NCBI GenBank assembly: GCA_963744575.1
Contig: CAVUUF010000004.1
Location: forward strand, 52,972-116,971
DNA length: 64,000 bases
From: an uncultured Actinomycetota bacterium
GTDB lineage: Bacteria > Actinomycetota > Actinomycetes > Streptosporangiales > Streptosporangiaceae
Direction of reading: 5' to 3'
Positions 41,467 to 51,071 of this stretch are shown one piece after another (within the stretch, counting starts at the first letter, position 1; the number at the start of each line of letters is the position of its first letter). The notes beneath the pieces were generated by a model that was not told the DNA's origin, did no database searches, and saw only the letters and a program-made list of their open reading frames with translations. The position numbers and the translations under genes were made by a program.

Positions 41467-41714
41467 GCGGTCCGTCCTCCCCTGGGCGAGCGCATCCGCT
41501 GCCGGCGGGCCCGCTGCGCGCGCAGCCGCTTGACCAGCACCGGGTCGAACGCGAGCGCCTCGGCCCGGTCGATCAGCTCGTTCAGCAGCTGGTAGTACCG
41601 GGTGGCCGGCATGTCGAGCATCTCGGCGATGGCCTGCTCCTTGACGCCCGGCGACCGCCAGCCGCGCCGCTCGAAGGCCAGGATCCGCATGTCACGTTCG
41701 GACAGCTCAGGCAT
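41463..41714 (-). CDS. DUF3263 domain protein
   Basis: MPELSERDMRILAFERRGWRSPGVKEQAIAEMLDMPATRYYQLLNELID. The stop overlaps the otsB ATG (ATGA). Confidence 0.75.
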   Translation of the reverse strand: MPELSERDMRILAFERRGWRSPGVKEQAIAEMLDMPATRYYQLLNELIDRAEALAFDPVLVKRLRAQRARRQRMRSPRGGRTA

Positions 41715-41802
41715 GCGACCTCCTCCCGGCCGGCCTACTGCTGACCGTACCTGACGCCGGGGGGCTGTACCGCAGCCGGCGGCCGACGTACGCTCACGGG
41801 TC

Positions 41803-42630
41803 GTGACCCGTTTCCGCTACCTCACCTTCCTCACCGACTACGGGCTCGAAGACGGTTTCGTGGCCGCCTGCCACGGCGTCGCCGCCCGGATCGCGCCGCA
41901 CGCGGACATCATCGACGTGACCCACCTGGTGCCGCCGGGCGACGTCAGGCGCGGCGCGGCCGTGCTCGCGCAGACCGTGCCCTACCTGCCGCCGGCGGCG
42001 CACGTGGCGGTGGTCGACCCCGGCGTCGGCACGGCCCGGCGCGGGGTGGCGGTGGCGGCCGGGGACTCGGTGTTCATCGGGCCCGACAACGGCCTGCTGT
42101 CCTGGGCGGTGACCGCGGCGGGCGGCGCCACCCGCGCGTTCAGCCTGACCAGCCGGCAGCTGTGGCTTGGCCGGGTCACCCCGACCTTCCACGGCCGGGA
42201 CATCTTCATGCCGGTGGCCGCGCACCTGGCGGCCGGCGCCGAGCTCACCGCGGCCGGGGCGGAAATCGACGTCGGCAACCTGGTCACGCTGCCGGCCCCG
42301 GAACGGCTGGTGCGCGATTTCGCCGCCGAGGGGGAAGTGCTGACCGTGGACCGGTTCGGCAACGTCCAGCTCACGATCACCGCGGCGGACGCGGCGGAAA
42401 TCGGCGTCAACCCGGGCGGCACCGTGCTGGCGCACTTCGGCCACCGCCAGCTGACGCTGCCATACCGGGAGACGTTCGGCGCGGTCGCGACCGGTGAACT
42501 CGTCGCCTACACCGACAGCGCGGGCCTGGTCTCGATCGCGATCAACGGCGGGAACGCGGCGCAGCGGCTCGGCCTGCCGCCCGGCGCGCGGGTATCGATC
42601 ACGGTAATACCGCGAATAATTAATGCGTGA
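41803..42630 (+). CDS. SAM hydroxide adenosyltransferase / SAM hydrolase (DUF62, fluorinase-chlorinase superfamily)
   Basis: LTFLTDYGLEDGFVAACHGV, VAVVDPGVGTARR, GPDNGLLS and FHGRDIFMPVAAHLAAG. Confidence 0.8.
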   Translation: MTRFRYLTFLTDYGLEDGFVAACHGVAARIAPHADIIDVTHLVPPGDVRRGAAVLAQTVPYLPPAAHVAVVDPGVGTARRGVAVAAGDSVFIGPDNGLLSWAVTAAGGATRAFSLTSRQLWLGRVTPTFHGRDIFMPVAAHLAAGAELTAAGAEIDVGNLVTLPAPERLVRDFAAEGEVLTVDRFGNVQLTITAADAAEIGVNPGGTVLAHFGHRQLTLPYRETFGAVATGELVAYTDSAGLVSIAINGGNAAQRLGLPPGARVSITVIPRIINA

Positions 42631-42732
42631 CGCATTCCACGGCGGGCGGCCGCATGGCACGATGACAGAGGCCGGTCGGAACATCGCTACCGCAGGCCAG
42701 CTCGGCCAGCGCCGGAGGAGATATCTGACCAA

Positions 42733-44774
42733 GTGTCACACCGATTGTTCCGCAGCACTCTTGTCCCGGTTGCCACAGGAATAGCTGCGGCCATTGTCAT
42801 ATCCGGGGTCGCCGGGTCCGTTCCCGCGCTCGCCGCCGGCAGCTACGGCGTCATCCAGTCCCGGGAATGGTGGCTGGACAGCCTGCACGTGCGGCAGGCC
42901 TGGCCGGCCACCGACGGCGCCGGGATCACCGTGGCCGTGCTCGGCACCGGCGTCGCCGCCGGGCACCCGGACCTGGCCGGCGCGGTGACGACCGGACCCG
43001 ACTACACCGGTTCGGGCCGGACGGCGGGCGGGTCCTTCTGGGGCTTCGACGGCACCGCGGTCGCCGGGGTCATCGCCGGCCACGGGCACGGCACCGGCCG
43101 GGAGGCGGGCCTGCTCGGCGTCGCGCCCGCGGCGAGGATCCTGTCCGTCCGGGTCAGCCTGGAATACAACGACCCGCTGAACTCCGACGCCGCCCTCGCC
43201 GGACGGCTGCCCGGGGCCATCGCCCGGGGCATCGTGTACGCGGTCGGGCACGGCGCCAAGGTCATCGACCTGCCGCTGGACCCGGGCACGGCCGGCCTGA
43301 CCGGTCAGGGCGACCCGGCCGCGGCCGGCGGCAGCCGGGCCGAGCGGGCGGCGGTGTCGTACGCGCTGAGCAAGAACGTGGTGCTGGTGGCCCCGGCGGG
43401 CGACGACGGCGACGGGCCCGGCCTGGTCGACTACCCGGCCGCGTACCCCGGCGTGCTCGCGGTGGCCGCGGCCGGCCGGGACGGGCAGGCCGCCTCGTTC
43501 AGCAGCAGGCGCCCGTACGTGTCGCTGGCGGCGCCCGGCGTCGCCCTGACCTCGGCGGTCCCGCCGGACGGCTACATGCCGATCAGCTCCACCAGCGCGT
43601 CCAGCGGCATCGTGGCCGGCCTGGCCGCCCTCATCCTGTCCAGGTACCCGCACCTCACCACGGCCCAGGTCACCCGGGCACTGACCGGCGGCGCGACCGC
43701 GGACCTGGCCCCCGGCACCGGGCACGGCATCGTCGACGCCGGCCGGTCGGTCGGCCTGGCCGCCGCGATCTACGCGGCCAGCAGGCCCCGCCCGGCCGCC
43801 GCGCCGCGGCCGCCGCGCCGACGGCCGCCGCGCCCAAGCCCGCGCGGACGTCCACCACGACGGCGCGCCGGGCGAGCGCCAGCACCCTGGCCGGATCCCT
43901 GGTGCGCTACGTGGTGGCCGGGCTGTGCGGGCTGATCGTCCTGCTGGTCGTGCTGCTCCTGGTCATGCGCTCCCGCCGGGAGCGGGCCCGGATCGCCGCG
44001 GCGGAACCCGGATCGCCCCGGCCCCGGCCCCGGTCCCGGGCACCGCAGGGCCAGCACCAGCAGCGCCGGCCGGACCTGGGGCCCGGTCCCGGCCCGGCCG
44101 CGGCCGGGCCCAGCCGGCCTCAGCCGGGCCCGCCCGGGCCGGCCGACTGGACCGCCTCCGGCGGCTGGCATGGCGGCGGCCTGGGCGAGATGCAGCCTGC
44201 CCCGGCCGCGCCCGTCCCGGCCTCTCCTGCCTCCGTCCCGGCCGTGGCGCCGCCGCGGCACTGGCCGAGGAATGCCAGGCCGGCCAGTGCCGCGGCGGGT
44301 TCCTCCGGACCGCCCTGGGCACCCGCGCCGGAGCCGGAGGAGCACGCATTCGGGCTGCTTCCCGTGGCGGCGAACACCGTCCTCCCGCCGGGTTCCGGCA
44401 TCCGGGTGCCCGGGGACGTGGCCGCGCCGGCGGCCAGGCAGGACTTCGACTTCGCCGCGGCCCCGGTCCCGGTCGACTACGCGCCCCGCCGGGCCCCCGA
44501 CTTCACCGTGCCGTCCCGGGCCGGCGGCGTCGTGCTCAGCGCCGACCACGGCCGGACGGACGACGGCCCGGCCGGGAACGGCCCGCAGGCGGCCGCGCCG
44601 GAGGGTTCGCGGGCCGCTTTCGGGTCCGGTCCGGGCCAGGCCGACCCCGGCTACATCTGGGACCTGGCCGCCACCGATGTCTTCCCGGCCGCGGCCAAAC
44701 CGGGGTCAGCGCCGCAGCCGCCGGGCGCCGCCGGAGCGGACGACGATCCCGGCGCCTCAGCGGCTGGCGCCTAG
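42733..44774 (+). CDS. Mycosin-like S8 subtilase homologue with degenerate catalytic residues, TM anchor and long Pro-rich tail; frameshifted in the linker (about 43780-43830)
   Basis: WWLDSLHVRQAW..GAGITVAVLGTGV, FDGTAVAGVIAG...GVAPAARILSVRV and STSASSGIVAGLAALILSRYP align with mycosin blocks. The TM helix (LVRYVVAGLCGLIVLLVVLLLV) and tail are in the frame of ORF 42867..44774. Confidence 0.75.
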
Positions 44775-47176
44775 GCGGCCATCCCGGCGGCCTGCGGGGC
44801 CTGCGCGGGCTCGAGCGCCAGCGCGAGCACGTCGCGGACGTCGCCGAGCGGGTGCACGTCCAGCTTCTCCAGCACCTCGGCCGGGACATCGTCCAGGTCG
44901 GGCTCGTTCCGCTGCGGGATCAGCACGGTGGTGATCCCGGCCCGGTGCGCGGCGAGCAGCTTCTGCTTCACCCCGCCGATGGGCAGCACCCGCCCGGTCA
45001 GCGACACCTCGCCGGTCATGGCCACGTCCGAGCGGACCGGCCGGCCGGACAGCAGGGACGCCAGCGCGGTGGTCATCGTGACGCCCGCGCTCGGCCCGTC
45101 CTTGGGCACCGCGCCGGCCGGCACGTGCACGTGCACGCCGCGGTCCTTGAGCTCGCTGACCGGAAGGTCGAGCTCGGCGCCGTGCGAGCGCAGGTAGGAC
45201 AGCGCGATCCGGGCCGATTCCTTCATCACGTCACCGAGCTGGCCGGTGAGCGTGACCCCGGTCTCGCCGGTTTCCCTGTCGGCCAGGGACGCCTCGATGA
45301 ACAGCACGTCCCCGCCGGCGCCGGTCACCGCGAGGCCGGTCGCCACGCCGGGCACGGCGGTCCGCCGCTCCGGCTCGGCCAGGCTGGTCTCCGGGGTGAA
45401 CCTCGGCCGTCCCAGGTAGTCCCGCAGCTCGGCGACGCCGACGCTGGCCGGCAGTTCCGCGTCGCCGAGGGCCACTCGCGCCGCCACCTTGCGCAGGATG
45501 CGCGCGATGGACCGCTCCAGCGACCGGACGCCGGCCTCGCGGGTGTACTCGGCCGCCAGCATCCGCAGCGCGTCCTCCCCGACCGTCACCTCGCCGGTGT
45601 TCAGGCCCGCCTTGGACAGCTGCCTGGGCAGCAGGTGATCCCGGGCGATGAGGACCTTCTCGTCCTCGGTGTACCCGTCCAGCTGGACCAGCTCCATCCG
45701 GTCAAGCAGCGGGCCGGGGATCGCGTCCAGCACGTTGGCCGTGGCCAGGAAGACCACGTCCGACAGGTCCAGCTCGACCTCCAGGTAGTGGTCGCGGAAC
45801 GTGTGGTTCTGCGCCGGGTCGAGCACCTCGAGCAGCGCCGACGCGGGGTCGCCGCGGAAGTCGGAGCCGATCTTGTCCACCTCGTCGAGCAGCACGACCG
45901 GGTTCATCGAGCCCGCCTCGCGGATGGCCCGGACGACCCGGCCGGGCAGCGCGCCCACATAGGTGCGCCGGTGCCCGCGGATCTCCGCCTCGTCCCGGAC
46001 GCCGCCCAGGGCGACCCGGACGAACTTGCGGTCCATGGCGCGCGCGACCGACTCGCCGAGCGACGTCTTGCCGACGCCGGGCGGGCCGACCAGCGCGAGC
46101 ACGGCGCCGGAACGCCGCCCGCCGATGATGCCCAGGCCGCGATCGGCGCGGCGCTTGCGCACCGCCAGGTACTCGATGATGCGCTCCTTGACGTCGTCCA
46201 GGCCGGTGTGGTCCTCATCGAGGATGCGCCGGGCGTCGGCGATGTCGTAGGCGTCCTCGGTCCGCTCGTTCCACGGGATGTCGAGGATGGTGTCCAGCCA
46301 GGTGCGGATCCAGCCGGTCTCGGGCGACGCGTCGGGCGTGCGCTCGAGCTTGGCCACTTCCTTCAGCGCCGCGTCCCGCACCGCCTCGGGCAGGGCGGCC
46401 GCTTCCACCCGGGCCCGGTAGTCGTCCTCCTCGGTGGCCGCGTCGCCGTTCAGGTCGGCGAGTTCCTTGCGCACCGCGGCGAGCTGCTGGCGGAGCAGGA
46501 ATTCCTTCTGCTGCTTCTCCATGCCCTCGGACACGTCCTTGCGGATGGACTCGGCCACCTCGAGTTCGGCCAGGTGCTCCCGGGTCCAGCCGATGATGAG
46601 CTCGAGCCGCTGGACCAGGTCGGAGGTCTCGAGCAGCTGCAGCTTCTGCGCCGTGCTGAGGTAGCTGGCATAGCCGGCCCGGTCCGCGATCGCCGAGGCG
46701 TCGTCGAGCTGCTGGATCGCGTCGATGACCTGCCACGCGCCGCGCTGCTGCAGGATCCCGGTGACCAGCGACTTGTACTGCTGGGCCAGTTCGTCGGCCC
46801 GCGGCCCGCGGTTGGTCTCGTCCAGGACGGCGCCTTCCACCCACAGCGCCGCGCCGGGACCCGTGGTCCCCGAGCCGACCTTGACGCGGGCCGTGCCGCG
46901 CACCACCGCGCCGGGCTGCCCGCCGGGCAGCCGCCCGACCTGCTCCACCACGGCGAGCGTGCCGACGCCGGACAGCCCGCGATCGGCCAGCCGCGGCACG
47001 AGCAGCACCCGGGCCTTTATCTCCGAACGCATGCCGGGCACCTGCCGAGACGGCATCCGGGCCGCGTCGATGGCGGCGCCAACTTCCGGCTGTGACGTCT
47101 CCAGCGGCACCACCATCCCCGGCAGCACCACCTCGTCGTCGAGCGGCAGCACTGGCAGCGTGAGGGTTTCACCCAT
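44771..47176 (-). CDS. lon: ATP-dependent Lon protease (endopeptidase La)
   Basis: 801 aa. It has an N-terminal LON domain ([19 protein letters not shown]), a [17 protein letters not shown] Walker A motif, and [15 protein letters not shown] carrying the catalytic Ser. Confidence 0.95.
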   Translation of the reverse strand: MGETLTLPVLPLDDEVVLPGMVVPLETSQPEVGAAIDAARMPSRQVPGMRSEIKARVLLVPRLADRGLSGVGTLAVVEQVGRLPGGQPGAVVRGTARVKVGSGTTGPGAALWVEGAVLDETNRGPRADELAQQYKSLVTGILQQRGAWQVIDAIQQLDDASAIADRAGYASYLSTAQKLQLLETSDLVQRLELIIGWTREHLAELEVAESIRKDVSEGMEKQQKEFLLRQQLAAVRKELADLNGDAATEEDDYRARVEAAALPEAVRDAALKEVAKLERTPDASPETGWIRTWLDTILDIPWNERTEDAYDIADARRILDEDHTGLDDVKERIIEYLAVRKRRADRGLGIIGGRRSGAVLALVGPPGVGKTSLGESVARAMDRKFVRVALGGVRDEAEIRGHRRTYVGALPGRVVRAIREAGSMNPVVLLDEVDKIGSDFRGDPASALLEVLDPAQNHTFRDHYLEVELDLSDVVFLATANVLDAIPGPLLDRMELVQLDGYTEDEKVLIARDHLLPRQLSKAGLNTGEVTVGEDALRMLAAEYTREAGVRSLERSIARILRKVAARVALGDAELPASVGVAELRDYLGRPRFTPETSLAEPERRTAVPGVATGLAVTGAGGDVLFIEASLADRETGETGVTLTGQLGDVMKESARIALSYLRSHGAELDLPVSELKDRGVHVHVPAGAVPKDGPSAGVTMTTALASLLSGRPVRSDVAMTGEVSLTGRVLPIGGVKQKLLAAHRAGITTVLIPQRNEPDLDDVPAEVLEKLDVHPLGDVRDVLALALEPAQAPQAAGMAA

Positions 47177-47191
47177 TGATGGCCTCCAAAG

Positions 47192-47212
47192 CTTGAGTCA
47201 TACACACTCAAG
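47192..47212. promoter_or_regulatory. HAIR operator (HspR-associated inverted repeat)
   Basis: CTTGAGT-cataCac-ACTCAAG is a perfect match to the HAIR consensus CTTGAGT-N7-ACTCAAG. It lies 16 nt upstream of the lon ATG, just beyond its GGAGG RBS. Confidence 0.75.
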
Positions 47213-47276
47213 AAAGAAGAGCATCATTTTGTTTCCGCCCGGTGTTCGCCTGCAGCGATACGTCCCGGAGCCTGGC

Positions 47277-47940
47277 TCATTCCCCGGTCAGCAGGACATG
47301 CAGGTTCCGCGGGCCGTGCACGCCCTCGACCCGGATGAGCTCGATGTCGCTGGTGGCCGAAGGACCGGAGATGAGGGTGTGCGGGCGGGCCGGGTCGAGC
47401 CGGGCGAACGCGTCGGCCAGGTCGGCGGCGACCTGGCCGGCCCGCACGACGACCAGGTGGAAGTCGGGGACCAGGGTAAGCGCGCGGCGGCCCTGGCCGG
47501 GGCCGTGATCCAGGATGATCGTGCCGGTCTCGGCGATGGCCACGGCGCAGCCGGTGACGACCCCGGCGGCCCGGTCGAGTTCGGCCGCGGAGAGCGGGGG
47601 CTCGTCGGGGGTCAGCGTGATCGCGGCGGGCAGTTCGGCCAGCCACGAGCCGGGCAGCCCGGCCGGGACCAGGATGGCCCCGGCCGCCGCGGCGGCGCGT
47701 CCGGCCAGGGCCCGGGCGACGGCCGCGGCGAGGCCGGCCCCGGGAACCCGCTCGACCACGGCGCGGTAGTCGGCGGCGCGCTCGGCGAACAGGTCCGTGA
47801 TGTCGTGCGCCGCGGCGTCGTGGTGCGCCCTTAGGTACTCCCGGGGCAGCGCCGCGTACGCCGCGTCCACGTCGCCGGCCGCGGCGGCGGCCCGGATCCG
47901 GGCCAGGATCTGGTCTTTCGAGCCGGTCATGACCGGGACC
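47277..47940 (-). CDS. lutC: Lactate utilization protein C (LUD domain, YkgG-like)
   Basis: MTGSKDQILARIR...TGCAVAIAETGTIILD...LTLVPDFHLVVV...ISGPSATSDIE. It overlaps the lutB end by 14 nt. Confidence 0.8.
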
Positions 47941-49375
47941 CCCGGGTTCGGGACCACCAGGCGCGGAACGACTCGGGCGGCGGCGCCGGGGCGTCCCTGG
48001 TTTCCGTCCAGCCGCTCAGCGGCGGCGGCAGCCGCCTGATCCGGCCGGACCTGGCGACCAGCTTGCCGCCCCGGGCCGCGGCCCACTGGGCCGCGGCGAG
48101 CAGCCGGGGTGAGCGGAGCACGCGTCCGGAGAGCTGGAACACCGCCCGTTCGGGAGAAAATCGCTTGTCCCGCTTGGCCTCGACGACCTGGGCGCGCAGG
48201 TGCACCAGCGCCTCGGGGATGTTGATCGCCACCGGGCACACGTCGTAGCAGGCGCCGCACAGGGTCGAGGCGTAGGGCAGCGAACTGTCGACCGGGGAGC
48301 CGAGGCCGCGCAGCTGCGGGGAGAGAATCGCGCCGATCGGGCCCGGATACGGCGAGCCGTAGGCGTGGCCGCCGGTCCGCTCGTACACCGGGCACACGTT
48401 CAGGCAGGCCGAGCACCTGATGCAGCGCAGCGCCTGGCGGCCGGTCTGGTCGGCCAGCGCCGACGTGCGGCCGTTGTCCAGCAGCACCAGGTGGAAGTTC
48501 TCCGGCCCGTCCCCGGGCGTGATCCCGGTCCAGGTCGAGGTGTAGGGGTTCATCCGCTCGGCGGTGGAGGACCGGGGCAGCAGCGCGAGGAACACCTCCA
48601 GGTCCCGCCAGGACGGCAGGACCTTCTCGATCCCCACCACCGAGATGAGCGTCCGCGGCAGCGTCACGCACATCCGGCCGTTGCCCTCGGACTCCACCAC
48701 CACCAGCGACCCGGTCTCGGCGATCGCGAAGTTGGCGCCGGACACGCCCACCCGCGCGGACAGGAACGCCTGGCGCAGGTGCGCCCGCGCGGCGGCGGCC
48801 AGCGCCTGCGGGTCGTCGGTCAGCCCGGCCGGCGCGCCCGGCATCTCGCGCCGGAAGATCTCCCTGATCTCGGCGCGGTTCCGGTGGATGGCCGGCACCA
48901 GGATGTGGCTGGGCCGGTCGTGGCCGAGCTGGACGATGAGCTCGGCCAGGTCGGTCTCCAGCGCGCCGAGCCCGGAGGCGGCCAGCGCCTCGTTCAGCCC
49001 GGTCTCCTGGGTGGCCATGCTCTTGACTTTGACGATTCCGTCGGCCCCGGCCGCGCGGACCAGGCCGGCCACGATCGCGTTCGCCTCGCCCGCGTCGGCC
49101 GCCCAGTGCACGTGCCCGCCGACCCGGGTGACGTTGGCCTCCAGCCGGAGCAGGTAGGTGTCCAGGTGGGCCAGGGTGTGGTCCTTGATCGCCTTGGCGG
49201 CGGCGCGCAGCTGCTCCCAGTCGGCCAGTTCGGCCACCGCGGCGGCTCGCTTGGCCCGGATCGTGTGCGTGGCGTGGGTCAGGTTGGCCCGCAGCTGGGA
49301 ATCGGCCACCGCCGTCTTCGCCGCGACCGGGAACGACGGCATGCCCAGGTAAGTGGGCATCGCCGGGGCGGTCAT
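47927..49375 (-). CDS. lutB: Lactate utilization protein B (4Fe-4S, YkgF-like)
   Basis: The ATG at 49375 overlaps the lutA stop (ATGA). It carries CIRCSACLNVCPVY and CGACYDVCPV ferredoxin motifs and a LUD domain. Confidence 0.85.
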   Translation of the reverse strand: MTAPAMPTYLGMPSFPVAAKTAVADSQLRANLTHATHTIRAKRAAAVAELADWEQLRAAAKAIKDHTLAHLDTYLLRLEANVTRVGGHVHWAADAGEANAIVAGLVRAAGADGIVKVKSMATQETGLNEALAASGLGALETDLAELIVQLGHDRPSHILVPAIHRNRAEIREIFRREMPGAPAGLTDDPQALAAAARAHLRQAFLSARVGVSGANFAIAETGSLVVVESEGNGRMCVTLPRTLISVVGIEKVLPSWRDLEVFLALLPRSSTAERMNPYTSTWTGITPGDGPENFHLVLLDNGRTSALADQTGRQALRCIRCSACLNVCPVYERTGGHAYGSPYPGPIGAILSPQLRGLGSPVDSSLPYASTLCGACYDVCPVAINIPEALVHLRAQVVEAKRDKRFSPERAVFQLSGRVLRSPRLLAAAQWAAARGGKLVARSGRIRRLPPPLSGWTETRDAPAPPPESFRAWWSRTRGSRS

Positions 49376-50112
49376 CCGGCCTCCTCGGTCCGGGCCAGGA
49401 TCTCGGCCAGGTGCATGACCGCCACCCCGGAGCGCTGCCGGTCCAGCGCGCCGCCGATGTGCATCAGGCACGAGTTGTCCGCCGCGCACAGCACCTCGGC
49501 GCCGCTGCGCCGCACCGCCGCCACCTTGTCCGCGCAGATCGCCGCGGACACGTCGGGATTCTTCACCGCGAACGTGCCGCCGAACCCGCAGCACGTCTCG
49601 GCGTCCGGCAGGTCGGCCAGCTCGAGCCCGCGCACCGCGCGCAGCAGCCGGAGCGGGGCGTCACCCACCCGGAGCATCCGCAGCGAATGACAGCTCGGGT
49701 GGTACGTCACCCGGTGCGGGAAGTACGCGCCCACGTCCGTCACCCCGAGCACCCCGGTCAGGAACACCGAGAACTCGTGGGTCCGCGGCGCCACCTCGGC
49801 CACCGCCCGGGCCAGGCCGGCGTCCCCCGCCCCGGCCGCCAGCGCCGGGTAGTACTCGCGCACCATCGAGGCGCACGAGGCCGACGGGGTGACCACCGCC
49901 TGGTAGCCGCCGAACGCGGCGGCGAACCCGCGCGCCATCGGCACCGCCTCGCGCCGGTAGCCGGTGTTGAAGTGCATCTGCCCGCAGCACGTCTGGGCGG
50001 CCGGGAATTCCACCCGGTGACCCAGCCGCTCGAGCACCTCGACCACGGCCCGGCCGGTGTCCGGGAACAACGTGTCGGTCAGGCACGTCACGAACAACCC
50101 GATACGCATCAA
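49372..50112 (-). CDS. lutA: Lactate utilization protein A ((Fe-S)-binding, CCG-domain, YkgE-like)
   Basis: MMRIGLFVTCLTDTLFPDTGRAVVEVLERLGHRVEFPAAQTCCGQMHFNTGY, with a second CCG repeat (ETCCGFGGTF). Confidence 0.85.
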   Translation of the reverse strand: MMRIGLFVTCLTDTLFPDTGRAVVEVLERLGHRVEFPAAQTCCGQMHFNTGYRREAVPMARGFAAAFGGYQAVVTPSASCASMVREYYPALAAGAGDAGLARAVAEVAPRTHEFSVFLTGVLGVTDVGAYFPHRVTYHPSCHSLRMLRVGDAPLRLLRAVRGLELADLPDAETCCGFGGTFAVKNPDVSAAICADKVAAVRRSGAEVLCAADNSCLMHIGGALDRQRSGVAVMHLAEILARTEEAG

Positions 50113-50130
50113 GCGCCTCCGCCCGCCACG

Positions 50131-50886
50131 CTACACAACGGCCGCGAGCAGGGCCGAACCGTCCCTGGCCCGCGCCGTGTCGCAGCGGCCGATGACCGCG
50201 AGCGCGGCCACGTACCCGGTGGCCACGTCCAGGTCGAGCAGCGACACGTCCCGCGGGGACCGCGGGTAGGGCCAGCAGACCAGCCGGGGCGCCCCGGCGT
50301 CCGCGGCCACGACGACCTCGCTGAACGCGGCGCGCAGGCCGTCCCCGGTCGCCTTGGTCACGGCTTCCTTCCTGGTCCAGGCGAGCAGGAAGGCGCGGGC
50401 CCGGTCGTCTGGCGGGACCGCGGCCAGCGCCGCCCGCTCGGCCGCCGACAGCACCAGGCGGGCGAGCGCCTCCGGGTCGCCGTCACCGCCCAGCGGCCGG
50501 GACCGCCCGTCAAGCTGCTCGACGTCCACGCCGACCGGCGCCCGCGCGACGGCGACCGCGACCAGGTCGCCCGAGTGCGTCACCGAGTGCTCCGCGCCGC
50601 CGCCGGCCAGGACCGGCTTGCCGTGCGGCTCGCCGCACCGGCCGCAGGTGCGGTCGAAGCGCACGTCCGCCGGGCGCCGGCCGGTGTACCGGGCGAGCAC
50701 GGTCTTGGCCAGCGCGCACCCGGCCAGGAAACGCTCACGGTCCGCCTCGCGCCGGTAGGCCGCCCAGCGCCGCCGCTCGGTCTCGTCGAGCAGCGCGGCG
50801 TGCCGGGCTGTAGCGTCCGGCCGTCGCGCCCACCAGACGTCGGCGGTCCCGTCCGCCGGCCGGTCCAGGCCCGCCTGTTCAGCCAC
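50131..50886 (-). CDS. 4'-phosphopantetheinyl transferase (Sfp type)
   Basis: FLAGCALAK, HSGDLVAVAVA..VGVDVE and AWTRKEAVTKATGDGL are PPTase motifs. Confidence 0.75.
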   Translation of the reverse strand: MAEQAGLDRPADGTADVWWARRPDATARHAALLDETERRRWAAYRREADRERFLAGCALAKTVLARYTGRRPADVRFDRTCGRCGEPHGKPVLAGGGAEHSVTHSGDLVAVAVARAPVGVDVEQLDGRSRPLGGDGDPEALARLVLSAAERAALAAVPPDDRARAFLLAWTRKEAVTKATGDGLRAAFSEVVVAADAGAPRLVCWPYPRSPRDVSLLDLDVATGYVAALAVIGRCDTARARDGSALLAAVV

Positions 50887-51071
50887 GCCGTCAGCCTAAC
50901 GGCCGCCCATACCAGTCATTCGTCCGATGCCGCCCTGCCGGGGGTACCGTCGTTACCATCGGGGGCGAGCAGACACGGGAAGGCAGACCAGTGCAGGTGA
51001 GCGAGGGCATCAGCCGGCTCAGCCCTGCGCGGCATCGACGCGGACCTGCTGCCGCCCGGTCTGCCGTGAGC

